DNA of 64,000 nt. Source: an uncultured Stakelama sp. Its GTDB lineage: Bacteria; Pseudomonadota; Alphaproteobacteria; Sphingomonadales; Sphingomonadaceae. Below, one piece after another: positions 1-9,257 of this stretch. The position numbers and the translations under genes were made by a program. The notes beneath the pieces are model-generated. The model was not told where the DNA came from. It was given only the letters and a program-made list of their open reading frames with translations, and did not search any database. The stretch spans positions 111,944 to 175,943 of the forward strand of contig CAYUYZ010000001.1 of assembly GCA_964449575.1 (NCBI GenBank). The letters are read 5' to 3'. Numbering within the stretch: the stretch's first letter is position 1; each line of letters starts with the position of its first letter.

Positions 1-1
1 T

Positions 2-1327
2 GTCTTCCGCGTCGGCAAGTTCAAATCGTTCGTCGAACCCTATACCCGCACCGATGAATCGCCCGAATCGAAGGAAGCGAGCACCGCGCTTTATGGCGCG
101 ATTGCGGCCGACTGGCGCGAAACGATCGCCAAGGCGCGGCCCAAGGCGCAAGTCGCGGGCTATCTCACCAACCCGGCGCAGCTGATCGCCGCCACCAAGG
201 GCGACATCGCCAAGGCCAATCTGGCCGCAGGGCTGATCGACAAGCTCGGCGACCGCGCCGATTTCGACAAGCGCGTTGCCGCTGTCGCGGGCGCGGCGCC
301 GGCCAAGAGCAATGTCGGCTTTGCGGCGATCAAATATGACACTTATCTTGAGGCGCATCCGCTGCCGACGTCGGGCGATGCCATCGGCATCGTCACGGTC
401 GCGGGCGACATCGTTGATGGCAAGGCCGATCCGGGCACGGCGGGCGGCGACACGATCGCGGCGCTGGTGCGCGATGGGCTGAAGAACAAGTCGCTCAAGG
501 CGCTGGTCGTGCGCGTCGATTCGCCGGGTGGCTCGGCGCTGGCGTCGGAAACGATTCGCCGCGCGGTGCTGGAAGCCAAGGCGCAGAAGCTGCCGATCGT
601 CGTGTCGATGGGCGGCGTCGCGGCGTCGGGCGGCTATTGGGTGGCGACCGCTGGCGACACGATTTTTGCCGAGCCGAACACGATCACCGGCTCGATCGGC
701 ATTTTCGGGATCATCCCCAGCTTTGAAAAGAGCCTCGAAAAGCTCGGCATCAGCGCTGACGGCGTGAAGACCTCCCCGCTGTCGGGCCAGCCCGATGTTT
801 TCGGTGGGTTGAACGACGAGGTGAGCACGATCCTGCAAGCCGGGATCGAGCATGGCTATGCCCAGTTCATCGACCGCGTCGCCAAAGCGCGCAAGAAAAC
901 GCCTGAGCAAGTCGATGCGATTGCGCAAGGCCGCGTCTGGGATGGCGGCACCGCGCGGCAGATTGGCCTCGTGGACCGGTTCGGCAATCTGCAGGACGCG
1001 ATCGATGAAGCCGCCAAGCGCGCCGGGCTCGACCCCAAGAAGGTGCATGCCGAATATCTCGAAAAGGCGCCCGATCGCTGGACCAAGTTCCTGAGCGACT
1101 TCCTGCGCAAGGACGAGGAGGACAAGGGCGACGCGGGCGATGCCTTCACCCGCATTGCGGCCGAACGGCGTGCGGTGTTCGCGCAGGCGCTGGGCGATGT
1201 GAAGCGGATTGCCACGGGCGCGGCGATCCAGGCGCGCTGCCTTGAGTGCGCGGCACTTCAGCCCGCGCATCCGTCGGCAGCCGATCAATCGCTGCTGGCA
1301 CTGGTGATGACGCGGCTGGGCCTGTAA
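2..1327 (+). CDS. sppA: signal peptide peptidase SppA (S49 family), 5' end outside window
   Basis: The frame is open from the window edge. The translation contains VVRVDSPGGSALASE, GGVAASGGYWVA and ITGSIGIFG, typical of SppA. Confidence 0.85.
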   Translation, partial: VFRVGKFKSFVEPYTRTDESPESKEASTALYGAIAADWRETIAKARPKAQVAGYLTNPAQLIAATKGDIAKANLAAGLIDKLGDRADFDKRVAAVAGAAPAKSNVGFAAIKYDTYLEAHPLPTSGDAIGIVTVAGDIVDGKADPGTAGGDTIAALVRDGLKNKSLKALVVRVDSPGGSALASETIRRAVLEAKAQKLPIVVSMGGVAASGGYWVATAGDTIFAEPNTITGSIGIFGIIPSFEKSLEKLGISADGVKTSPLSGQPDVFGGLNDEVSTILQAGIEHGYAQFIDRVAKARKKTPEQVDAIAQGRVWDGGTARQIGLVDRFGNLQDAIDEAAKRAGLDPKKVHAEYLEKAPDRWTKFLSDFLRKDEEDKGDAGDAFTRIAAERRAVFAQALGDVKRIATGAAIQARCLECAALQPAHPSAADQSLLALVMTRLGL

Positions 1328-1365
1328 TCCCCAAACAATAATCATTCGATTGTGAAGGGGCCCCG

Positions 1366-1938
1366 ATGATTGCGATTCGCGCTGCGCGACCCGAAGATGC
1401 CGCCGCGATTGCGGCGATTTATGCCCCGCATGTGCTGACCGGCACGGCGTCGTTCGAGGTCGAGGCACCCGATGCGCGGCAGATACGCAGCCGGATGGCG
1501 GCGTCTGATGGGCTCTACCCGTGGATCGTCGCCACCAATGGCGAGGCCGATGATGAGGATGGCGGCGGCGTGCTCGCCTTTGCCTATGCCGCCAAGTTCC
1601 GCGAGCGCCCCGCCTATCGCTATGCGGTTGAAACGACCGTCTATGTGACGTCGGCAACGCAGGGGCAGGGCGTGGGTCGGCTGCTCTATCAGGCGCTGAT
1701 CGATACGCTGCGCACGCAGGGCTTTACCCAGGCGATCGCGGGGATTGCGCTGCCCAATGATTACTCAATCCGGCTGCATGAATCGGTCGGCTTCCGGCGC
1801 GCGGGTGTTTACCGCGAAGTCGGCTACAAGCATGACCGCTGGATCGATGTCGGCATCTGGCAGCGCGAGCTGCACGAACCGGCCGTGCCGCCGGTCGAGC
1901 CCAAACCCTTCACCGAAGTGGTGCTGGTGCGGAGCTGA
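1366..1938 (+). CDS. GNAT family N-acetyltransferase (phosphinothricin acetyltransferase-like)
   Basis: 190-aa ORF. IRAARPEDAAAIAAIY at the N-terminus and a QGQGVGRLLY acetyl-CoA loop are typical of the GNAT/PAT family. Confidence 0.8.
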   Translation: MIAIRAARPEDAAAIAAIYAPHVLTGTASFEVEAPDARQIRSRMAASDGLYPWIVATNGEADDEDGGGVLAFAYAAKFRERPAYRYAVETTVYVTSATQGQGVGRLLYQALIDTLRTQGFTQAIAGIALPNDYSIRLHESVGFRRAGVYREVGYKHDRWIDVGIWQRELHEPAVPPVEPKPFTEVVLVRS

Positions 1939-2612
1939 TGCGCGCGAGCGCTCGCCTGGTGCTGGCGCCGTTGCTGCTCGGCTGGAGCGTGCCCGCGCTT
2001 GCCGATGACGATGGCCAGGCCTGGAGCCAGTTGCTCGTCCAGGGGCCGATCAAGGGCGATGTGATCTTCTGGGCCGAGGCGCAGACGCGGCTTACCGATG
2101 CCACACGCGCGACGCAGATCGTGCTGCGCCCCGCGATCGGCGTGCGCCTGGCGCGCGATACGACGGCGCATTTCGGCTATGCCTTTGTCCACACCGATCC
2201 TGCAAATGGCGCGGCGACCGACGAGCACCGGCTGTGGCAGCAACTGAGCTTCCCGATCCTGCGCAACCCGCGCGGGCTGTACGTCTGGGGCCGGTCGCGG
2301 ATCGAGCAGCGGAAGTTTGAGGGGCGGCGCGACACCGGCGTGCGGTTACGCCAGTTCGTGCGTGCCCAAATGCCGCTGCGGCGCGGCGGCAAGCTGTCGG
2401 GCGTGGTGTTCGTCGAAGGTTTCTATGCAGCCAATACCACCGATTGGGGCGCACGAGCGGGCATGGATCAGGTCCGCAGCTTCGCGGGGGTGTCGATCCC
2501 GCTCGGCCGCCAAGTCAGTATCGAGCCCGGCTATCTCAACCAGACGATCTTCCGGCGCGGGCCCGACCGGATGAACCACATCGCCAGCCTGAACCTGTTC
2601 GTGCGGCTTTAG
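1938..2612 (+). CDS. secreted/outer-membrane protein, DUF2490-like
   Basis: 224-aa ORF whose ATG overlaps the upstream stop (ATGA). It has a signal peptide ending ALADDDGQAW. The family assignment is from memory only. Confidence 0.5.
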   Translation: MRASARLVLAPLLLGWSVPALADDDGQAWSQLLVQGPIKGDVIFWAEAQTRLTDATRATQIVLRPAIGVRLARDTTAHFGYAFVHTDPANGAATDEHRLWQQLSFPILRNPRGLYVWGRSRIEQRKFEGRRDTGVRLRQFVRAQMPLRRGGKLSGVVFVEGFYAANTTDWGARAGMDQVRSFAGVSIPLGRQVSIEPGYLNQTIFRRGPDRMNHIASLNLFVRL

Positions 2613-3304
2613 CGATCTGGCGCGCGATAGGCGGGCAGCGCGAGCTTCCAGCGGATTGCCGCCCCCCGCAAGGCAAAGCCCGCCGCCGCGCCCACGCCCG
2701 CTGCGACTTCGCCCGGCAGCCCGATCGTCACCAGCACGACGTATAGCCCGGCACTCAACGCCGCCGCCGTCACATAAATTTCGGGCCGCATGATGATCGA
2801 CGGCTCGCCCGCCAGCACGTCGCGGATGATGCCGCCGACGCACGCCGACATCACCCCCATCAGCGCGGCGGGCACCACCGGTACGCCATAGGACAGCGCC
2901 TTGGCCGCGCCATAAACGGCATAGGCGGCGAGCCCGACCGCATCGAACCAGTCGAGCGCGGTGCCGCGCCACCAGCGTTCGGGCGTGACATAGATCAGGA
3001 AGGCAATGACGAGGCAGGTCGCCGCCGCGCGGCTGTCCTGCAACCAGAAGACCGGCGCGCCGATCAGCAGATCGCGCACCGTCCCGCCGCCCACCCCGGT
3101 CGCGAGCGCGAAGAAGGCAAGCGTCACCATCGTCTGCCCGCGCCGCGCCGCCGCCAGCGCGCCTGACGCTGCGAACACCGCCAGCCCCGCAAGATCGAGC
3201 AGCGGGCCGACGGTCTGGGTAAAGCCGATGAGGGGTGGGGGCAGCATGGCCGCGACGATAGCGGCGCCAGACCCGAGGGCAACCGCGCGCGGCATTTGCC
3301 GCAT
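2609..3304 (-). CDS. trimeric intracellular cation channel / UPF0126 (YadS/YicG) family membrane protein
   Basis: Polytopic membrane ORF with the duplicated glycine motifs GVGGGTVRDLL and GGIIRDVLAGEP. The exact start is uncertain. Confidence 0.8.
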   Translation of the reverse strand: MRQMPRAVALGSGAAIVAAMLPPPLIGFTQTVGPLLDLAGLAVFAASGALAAARRGQTMVTLAFFALATGVGGGTVRDLLIGAPVFWLQDSRAAATCLVIAFLIYVTPERWWRGTALDWFDAVGLAAYAVYGAAKALSYGVPVVPAALMGVMSACVGGIIRDVLAGEPSIIMRPEIYVTAAALSAGLYVVLVTIGLPGEVAAGVGAAAGFALRGAAIRWKLALPAYRAPDR

Positions 3305-3404
3305 CGCGGTCGTAACGCGCTTGACGCCGCCGCGCGGATCGTTAGGGCGGTCGACGGGCCACGCGGTCCCAACGCCGCGCGTGCTCTCTGTAAGGAGAGA
3401 CTAC

Positions 3405-4565
3405 ATGACCGAGACTGCTGCGATTGACGCCACCACTGCGTCTGCGCCTGAAAAACCCTCCACAAAACCTGACCGCCCCTATTTTTCATCGGGGCCGTGC
3501 GCCAAGCCGCCGGGCTGGGACGCCGCCAAGCTCGCGACCGGATCGCTTGGCCGCTCGCACCGCTCGAAGATCGGCAAGGCGCGGTTGCAACATGCGATCG
3601 ACCTGACCCGCACGATTTTGCGCGTACCCGATACCCACCGGATCGGCATCGTCCCTGCGTCGGACACTGGCGCCTATGAAATGGCGATGTGGACGATGCT
3701 GGGCGCTCGCCCCGTCACCGCAATCGCCTGGGAAAGCTTTGGCGAAGGCTGGGTGACCGATGCCGCCAAGCAGTTGAAGCTCGATCCCAATATCCTCCGC
3801 GCCGATTATGGTCAGCTGCCCGATCTGGGCGCGGTCGATTGGAGCCACGACGTGCTGTTCACCTGGAATGGCACCACCAGCGGCGTGCGTGTACCAAATG
3901 GCGACTGGATCGCCGACGATCGACAGGGCCTCAGCTTCAACGACGCGACCAGCGCGGTGTTCGCTTATGATATGCCTTGGGACAAGCTCGATGTGACGAC
4001 TTTCTCATGGCAGAAGGTCTTGGGCGGCGAGGGCGCGCACGGCGTCATCATCCTCGGCCCGCGCGCGGTCGAGCGGCTGACCAGCTATACCCCCGCTTGG
4101 CCGCTGCCGAAGATCTTCCGGCTGGTGTCGAAGGGCGCGCTGACCGAGGGCATTTTCAAGGGCGAGACGATCAACACGCCGTCGATGCTCGCGGTTGAGG
4201 ATGTGATTTTCGCGCTTGAATGGGCGGAAACGCTGGGCGGGCTCGACGGCCTTATCGCACGGTCGGATGCCAATGCGGCGGCGCTCGACGCGATTGTTGA
4301 GGCGCGCGACTGGCTCGGTCATCTCGCGCCCGATCCGGCGACGCGGTCGCGGACCAGCGTCTGCCTGACGGTGGAAGGCGCCGACGAAGCGCTGATCAAG
4401 CGGATGGCGGGCGCGCTGGAAAAGGAAGGCGCGGCGTTCGATGTCGCCGGCTACCGCGACGCGCCGCCGGGCTTGCGCATCTGGTGCGGCGCGACGGTCG
4501 ATACCGCCGATGTCGAAGCGCTCGGGCTATGGCTCGACTGGGCTTACGCCGTCGCCAAGCAGTAA
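3405..4565 (+). CDS. serC: phosphoserine aminotransferase
   Basis: The ATG at 3405 is preceded by AAGGAGAGA. The product starts MTETAAID...RPYFSSGPCAKPPGW. The upstream part of the 3006 ORF overlaps the opposite-strand membrane gene. It is followed by serA. Confidence 0.9.
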   Translation: MTETAAIDATTASAPEKPSTKPDRPYFSSGPCAKPPGWDAAKLATGSLGRSHRSKIGKARLQHAIDLTRTILRVPDTHRIGIVPASDTGAYEMAMWTMLGARPVTAIAWESFGEGWVTDAAKQLKLDPNILRADYGQLPDLGAVDWSHDVLFTWNGTTSGVRVPNGDWIADDRQGLSFNDATSAVFAYDMPWDKLDVTTFSWQKVLGGEGAHGVIILGPRAVERLTSYTPAWPLPKIFRLVSKGALTEGIFKGETINTPSMLAVEDVIFALEWAETLGGLDGLIARSDANAAALDAIVEARDWLGHLAPDPATRSRTSVCLTVEGADEALIKRMAGALEKEGAAFDVAGYRDAPPGLRIWCGATVDTADVEALGLWLDWAYAVAKQ

Positions 4566-4568
4566 TTC

Positions 4569-4648
4569 GTCACCCCGGCCTTGTGCCGGGGTCCAGCTTC
4601 TTTCCGCCGCCCGCCGAAAGCGGGGCCCCGGGTCAAGCCCGGGGTGAC
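4569..4648. repeat. palindromic intergenic repeat, family 1 (GTCACCCCGGCCTTGTGCCGGGGTCC ... CCCGGGGTGAC)
   Basis: Outer arms GTCACCCCGG / CCGGGGTGAC enclose two internal hairpins. A second copy lies at 44466-44551. Confidence 0.8.
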
Positions 4649-4670
4649 GGCAAGTTTAGGAACCACTCCC

Positions 4671-6248
4671 ATGCCCAAAGTCCTCATTTCCGACAAAATG
4701 GACCCCAATGCCGCCGCCATTTTCCGTGCGCGCGGCGTCGAGGTCGACGAAATCACTGGCCAGACCCCCGAAGAACTGATGGCGATCATCGGCAACTATG
4801 ACGGGCTCGCGATCCGCAGCTCGACCAAGGTGACCAAGGCGATCCTCGAGCATGCCACCAACCTGAAAGTCATCGGCCGCGCCGGGATCGGCGTCGATAA
4901 CGTCGATATCCCTGCCGCCAGCGCCAAGGGCGTGGTGGTGATGAATACCCCGTTCGGCAATTCGATCACGACCGCCGAACACGCGATCGCGCTGATGTTC
5001 GCGCTCGCCCGCCAGCTGCCCGAGGCCGACGCCTCGACCCAAGCCGGCAAGTGGGAAAAGAACCGCTTCATGGGCGTCGAGCTGACGTCGAAGACACTCG
5101 GGCTGATCGGTGCCGGTAATATCGGCTCGATTGTCGCCGACCGCGCGCTCGGCCTTAAGATGAAGGTGATCGCCTATGATCCCTTCCTCACGCCCGAACG
5201 CGCGCTCGAAATGGGCGTCGAGAAGGTGACGCTCGACGATTTGCTCGCGCGTGCCGATTTCATCACGCTCCACACGCCGCTGACCGACCAGACCCGCAAC
5301 ATCCTGTCGGCGGAAAACCTCGCCAAGACCAAGAGGGGCGTGCGCATCATCAATTGCGCGCGCGGCGGACTGATCGACGAGGCAGCGCTCAAGGCGGGCC
5401 TCGATTCCGGCCATATTGCAGGCGCGGCGCTCGATGTGTTCCAGACCGAACCGGCGAAGGAATCGCCACTGTTCGGCACCCCGGGCTTCGTCTCGACGCC
5501 GCATCTGGGCGCCTCGACCACCGAAGCGCAGGTCAATGTCGCGCTTCAGGTCGCCGAGCAGATGGCCGATTTCCTCGTGACGGGCGGCATCACCAACGCG
5601 CTCAACGTGCCGTCGCTGTCGGCGGAAGAAGCGCCCAAGCTGAAGCCTTATATGGCACTGGCCGAAAAGCTCGGGTCGCTGGTCGGGCAGCTCGCCCACG
5701 GCGCGCTGTCGGGCATTTCGGTCGAGGTCGAAGGCGCGGCGGCGCAGCTCAACCAGAAGCCGATCACCAGCGCCGTGCTGGCGGGCATGATGCGCGTCCA
5801 CTCCGACATCGTGAACATGGTCAACGCGCCCTTCCTCGCCAAGGAACGCGGGCTCGACGTGCGCGAAATCCGCCACGACCGCGAAGGCGATTACCACACG
5901 ATGGTGCGCGTGACGGTGAAGACCGAGGCGGGCGACAAGTCGGTTGCGGGGACGCTGTTCGGTGACGCCGCGCCGCGCCTGGTCGAATTGTTCGGCATCA
6001 AGGTCGAGGCCGATCTGGTCGGGCACATGCTTTATGTGGTGAACGAAGACGCGCCGGGCTTCATCGGACGGCTGGGTACCTTGCTCGGCACGCAAGGCGT
6101 CAACATCGGCACTTTCCACCTCGGGCGCCGCTCGGCAGGGGGCGAAGCAATCGTGCTGCTGTCGGTCGACGAAGCCGTGACGCCTGCGCTGATCACCAAT
6201 GTCCGCACGCTGCCCGGTGTGAAGACGGTGATGGCGCTCGCGTTTTGA
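4671..6248 (+). CDS. serA: D-3-phosphoglycerate dehydrogenase
   Basis: The product starts MPKVLISDKMDP at the ATG at 4671. It has the GAGNIGS Rossmann motif and a C-terminal ACT-like region, 525 aa in all. The longer ORF N-terminus runs through the repeat element. Confidence 0.95.
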   Translation: MPKVLISDKMDPNAAAIFRARGVEVDEITGQTPEELMAIIGNYDGLAIRSSTKVTKAILEHATNLKVIGRAGIGVDNVDIPAASAKGVVVMNTPFGNSITTAEHAIALMFALARQLPEADASTQAGKWEKNRFMGVELTSKTLGLIGAGNIGSIVADRALGLKMKVIAYDPFLTPERALEMGVEKVTLDDLLARADFITLHTPLTDQTRNILSAENLAKTKRGVRIINCARGGLIDEAALKAGLDSGHIAGAALDVFQTEPAKESPLFGTPGFVSTPHLGASTTEAQVNVALQVAEQMADFLVTGGITNALNVPSLSAEEAPKLKPYMALAEKLGSLVGQLAHGALSGISVEVEGAAAQLNQKPITSAVLAGMMRVHSDIVNMVNAPFLAKERGLDVREIRHDREGDYHTMVRVTVKTEAGDKSVAGTLFGDAAPRLVELFGIKVEADLVGHMLYVVNEDAPGFIGRLGTLLGTQGVNIGTFHLGRRSAGGEAIVLLSVDEAVTPALITNVRTLPGVKTVMALAF

Positions 6249-6267
6249 GGAAGCTAAGGGGCGGGGG

Positions 6268-7380
6268 ATGACCTCCTCGCTCCTGCCCGAAGGCTTTCAC
6301 GATCGCCTGCCACCCTTTGCCGATGCCGCCGCTTCGCTCGAAGCGCGGTTGCTCGGCGCGGCCTTTGCGCATGGCTATGAGCGCGTCGATCCGCCGCTGG
6401 TCGAGTTCTTCGAAGGGCTCGCCCAGCGGCTGAAGGCGTCGCGGACGATCGACGCGGTGCGCTATGTCGATCCGGTGTCGCAGCGCACGCTGGCGATCCG
6501 GCCTGACATCACCGCGCAAGTCGGGCGGATCGCGGCGACGCGGATGGCGCACCACCCGCGCCCGGTGCGGCTGTCCTATGCGGGGCAAGTGCTCAAGCTG
6601 CGCGCCGCCGAGCTCGATCCCGAGCGGGAGATGCGACAGGTCGGCTGCGAGCTGATCGGGCTCGATAATGTTGCCGCCGCGCAGGAGATCGTCGGCGTCG
6701 CGGTTGAGGCATTGCAGGCGGCAGGTGTCGCCGGGCTGTCGATCGACTTCACCTTGCCCGATCTGGTCGACACGCTCGCGGCGGGGCCGCTGCCGGTGGC
6801 GGCCGACCGGATCGAGTGGCTCAAGGATCGACTCGACGCCAAGGACGCAGGCGCAGTCGCGGCGATCGATGCGCGCTATTTGCCGCTGATTGAAGCGGCG
6901 GGGCCGTTCGCGGCGGCGCATGACCGGCTCTGCGCGTTCGATGTCGGTGGTGCACTGCGGTCACGCCTCGACGGGTTGTGGAAGATTGCCGAGGCGCTCG
7001 ACGGCCGGATCGCGATGACGCTCGACCCGACTGAGCGCCACGGGTTCGAATATCAAAGCTGGATCGGCTTTTCGATTTTCGCCGGTGGCGTGCGTGGCGA
7101 AATCGGGCGCGGCGGCAGCTATACCGTGCTGCACGACGATGGCCGCGAGGAGCCGGCGATCGGCTTTTCGCTCTACCCCGACGCGATCGTCGACGGTGGC
7201 TTGAGCGTGCCGCAGCGGCGGCGGCTGTTCGTCCCGATCGGCACCGATCCGGCGCTGGCGGGGGCGATGCGCGCGGAAGGCTGGGTGACGGTGGCGCAGT
7301 TGGATGCGAGCGACAGCCCTGGGGCTCAGCTTTGTACCCATATAATCGATGGCGCTGAGCCACGCCCGATCGATACCTGA
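6268..7380 (+). CDS. hisZ: ATP phosphoribosyltransferase regulatory subunit
   Basis: 370-aa ORF beginning LLPEGFHDRLP, with HisRS-like class II core motifs and no anticodon-binding domain. Confidence 0.85.
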   Translation: MTSSLLPEGFHDRLPPFADAAASLEARLLGAAFAHGYERVDPPLVEFFEGLAQRLKASRTIDAVRYVDPVSQRTLAIRPDITAQVGRIAATRMAHHPRPVRLSYAGQVLKLRAAELDPEREMRQVGCELIGLDNVAAAQEIVGVAVEALQAAGVAGLSIDFTLPDLVDTLAAGPLPVAADRIEWLKDRLDAKDAGAVAAIDARYLPLIEAAGPFAAAHDRLCAFDVGGALRSRLDGLWKIAEALDGRIAMTLDPTERHGFEYQSWIGFSIFAGGVRGEIGRGGSYTVLHDDGREEPAIGFSLYPDAIVDGGLSVPQRRRLFVPIGTDPALAGAMRAEGWVTVAQLDASDSPGAQLCTHIIDGAEPRPIDT

Positions 7381-7415
7381 TACCAAGTCTCAATGGCTCC
7401 GACTCATCTTCTTAA

Positions 7416-7447
7416 GCCCCTCCCCTTCAGGAGTGCAGGGGAGGGGC
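7416..7447. terminator. 11-bp perfect hairpin between convergent genes
   Basis: GCCCCTCCCCT (7416-7426) pairs with AGGGGAGGGGC (7437-7447). It sits between hisZ (+) and the 7570-8133 gene (-), and there is no clean U-tract. Confidence 0.4.
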
Positions 7448-7569
7448 TATAGGTTCTGCTCCGTAAGACTTGGTATGAGGCGCTGCATCGTTTCCCGATT
7501 GCGGCTGACGGCACTCCAAGGCCTTTGGGTGAATCAATGCCGCGCCATGCCGCCGTTGCCGCGCCGGTC

Positions 7570-8133
7570 TCATCCGCCGCTCGTGTCGCTGCCTCTCGAA
7601 GTCTCGAGAATCTGCGCTGCGAGCGGCTTCAGGATTTCAAAGGCCTCGGCCGCCGGGATCACCTGATAATTGGGCAAAGGCGTGAGATTGGGCGGGTAGG
7701 GAATGAACAATTCCTGCCCATCACCCTCCAATTTCAACGCGCTGAATTTGAGCGGCGCCGATTGCACGACGCGCGCCGTGAAATCGGGGCCAAGGCTCTC
7801 GGCCTGGGCGATCGCTGCTTCCAGCCCGTCCTTTGCCGGACCTTCGTGCAGCGCGATCGGATCACCTGCCCCGTCGCTTTCGACTTCGGCCAGCGCGCGA
7901 CCACCACCGTGCAGCAAGTTGCGCCACTGCGTGGTTTGGACGGCGTCGCTCGGCGAACCATGCGCGACCGCGTCGAGCGACAGATAATCGACCTGATACG
8001 GCGTGCCAAGCGTAAGCCCCGCATCCTCGGCAAAGCCCGTCGCGCGAAGCCGCGCCAAGTCATCGCCCCAATTGAGCGCATGCAGCTTTTCCAGCGTGCC
8101 GACCGGACCGCCAGCGGTGAAAGAAATGGTCAT
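7570..8133 (-). CDS. hypothetical protein, partner of the papain-like peptidase
   Basis: 187-aa ORF 12 nt downstream of the peptidase stop, with AAGGAG 8 nt before its ATG. I recognise no family. Confidence 0.6.
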   Translation of the reverse strand: MTISFTAGGPVGTLEKLHALNWGDDLARLRATGFAEDAGLTLGTPYQVDYLSLDAVAHGSPSDAVQTTQWRNLLHGGGRALAEVESDGAGDPIALHEGPAKDGLEAAIAQAESLGPDFTARVVQSAPLKFSALKLEGDGQELFIPYPPNLTPLPNYQVIPAAEAFEILKPLAAQILETSRGSDTSGG

Positions 8134-8145
8134 CTCGCGGGCTCC

Positions 8146-8844
8146 TTACTGCTTCTTCGTGTAATAGGTGTGCGTCCAGCTGCCACCGCCGTGATAGCTC
8201 GATGGATAGGAAGCATAGGCCACCGTCGACGTCCCATACCACGGATCCTGAATGACAATCGTATTGCCGTTGTTGTTGTATCCGGTGACCATCATGAAAT
8301 GCGCGCCGCCGCCATTCCACGCGACCCGCGTGCCGACCGGCTGCCCGACGTCCACCCGACCTTGGAGCACCGCAAAGCTCGCCGTTCCGCCCGCCATGCT
8401 GTCAAAGGAGCGCGCGGCCTGCAACGCCTGATCGAGATAGCCATATTGGTTGCATCCGCTGGGATTACTGCAACAGGTCGTCTTTGACTGACATGCGTTG
8501 GCGATTCCGCACTGCGTATAGGTGCCATTGCCCCAATAGAAATTGCCGACCGAAGCGCCATTCGCGGCCCAGCACCAGTTCGATTGGGTCTGCTGCTGCA
8601 TGAACGACGCCAGATTGGTCGACTTCAGGAACAACGGCCAGGACAAATTCGGGCTCGACTGGCAGCCGACGGGATAGAGGCCAACCATCACGGCGCCATA
8701 TTGCAGACTGGACTGATAAGTGAACCCGCCAGCATTGGCGGCGTCAGCAAGCGCTGCCATTTGACTCTGGCTGACGTTCTGCTGAATCGCGCCGAAGCTT
8801 ACGGGACAGCCATTAAATCCATAATTCATCTGATAATAGGGCAC
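8146..8844 (-). CDS. papain-like cysteine peptidase (Peptidase_C39_2 / C70-like fold)
   Basis: 232-aa Cys-rich ORF. Putative catalytic residues are Cys in QSNWCWAANGASV, His in GGGAHFMMVTGY, and IQDPWYG. There is no signal peptide, and G+C is visibly lower than in the neighbours. Confidence 0.7.
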   Translation of the reverse strand: MPYYQMNYGFNGCPVSFGAIQQNVSQSQMAALADAANAGGFTYQSSLQYGAVMVGLYPVGCQSSPNLSWPLFLKSTNLASFMQQQTQSNWCWAANGASVGNFYWGNGTYTQCGIANACQSKTTCCSNPSGCNQYGYLDQALQAARSFDSMAGGTASFAVLQGRVDVGQPVGTRVAWNGGGAHFMMVTGYNNNGNTIVIQDPWYGTSTVAYASYPSSYHGGGSWTHTYYTKKQ

Positions 8845-9257
8845 CGTAAAGTCCTCCCCCAGCGGCTCGTTCGATCAATGTCGATTCGTTCATTATTGGA
8901 CAAGATGCAGAATTGATTCAATTTCTGTGGGAGTCAACCCCATAGGGTAATTCATTTGCAGTAACAGGAATGTAATTTTCACGATACTAATGCTGTAACG
9001 GAGTAGCCTCCACGTTAAAGCAGTCATATTGTCGCATTGCAGCGAAAAGTCCGTTCCGGACAACGGCGTGATGCGGTCCGCTAGGGTTGGCGCGGACAGC
9101 CAACCGAATGGCGATCTTTCAGTTCGCGCGCTTGACTCGCTTCGGTTGCGCCCTTTAACCGCGCAGCCAACCGAGCCGCTGCGCTCCTCATTCCGTCTGC
9201 GGGTTGCGTGCTGTCGAAGGATGACGCGACCCCCTCGGCAGGGCAAAAGGTATCATC

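Noticed and set aside
3006-3404. 133-aa N-terminal extension of the serC ORF
   Set aside because: It overlaps the opposite-strand UPF0126 membrane gene. A strong Shine-Dalgarno sequence and a conserved SerC N-terminus begin at 3405.
4656-6119. 487-aa ORF antisense to serA
   Set aside because: It lies entirely inside and opposite a gene with unmistakable SerA homology. Its Arg/Gly/Asp-rich low-complexity translation is typical of shadow ORFs in high-G+C DNA.
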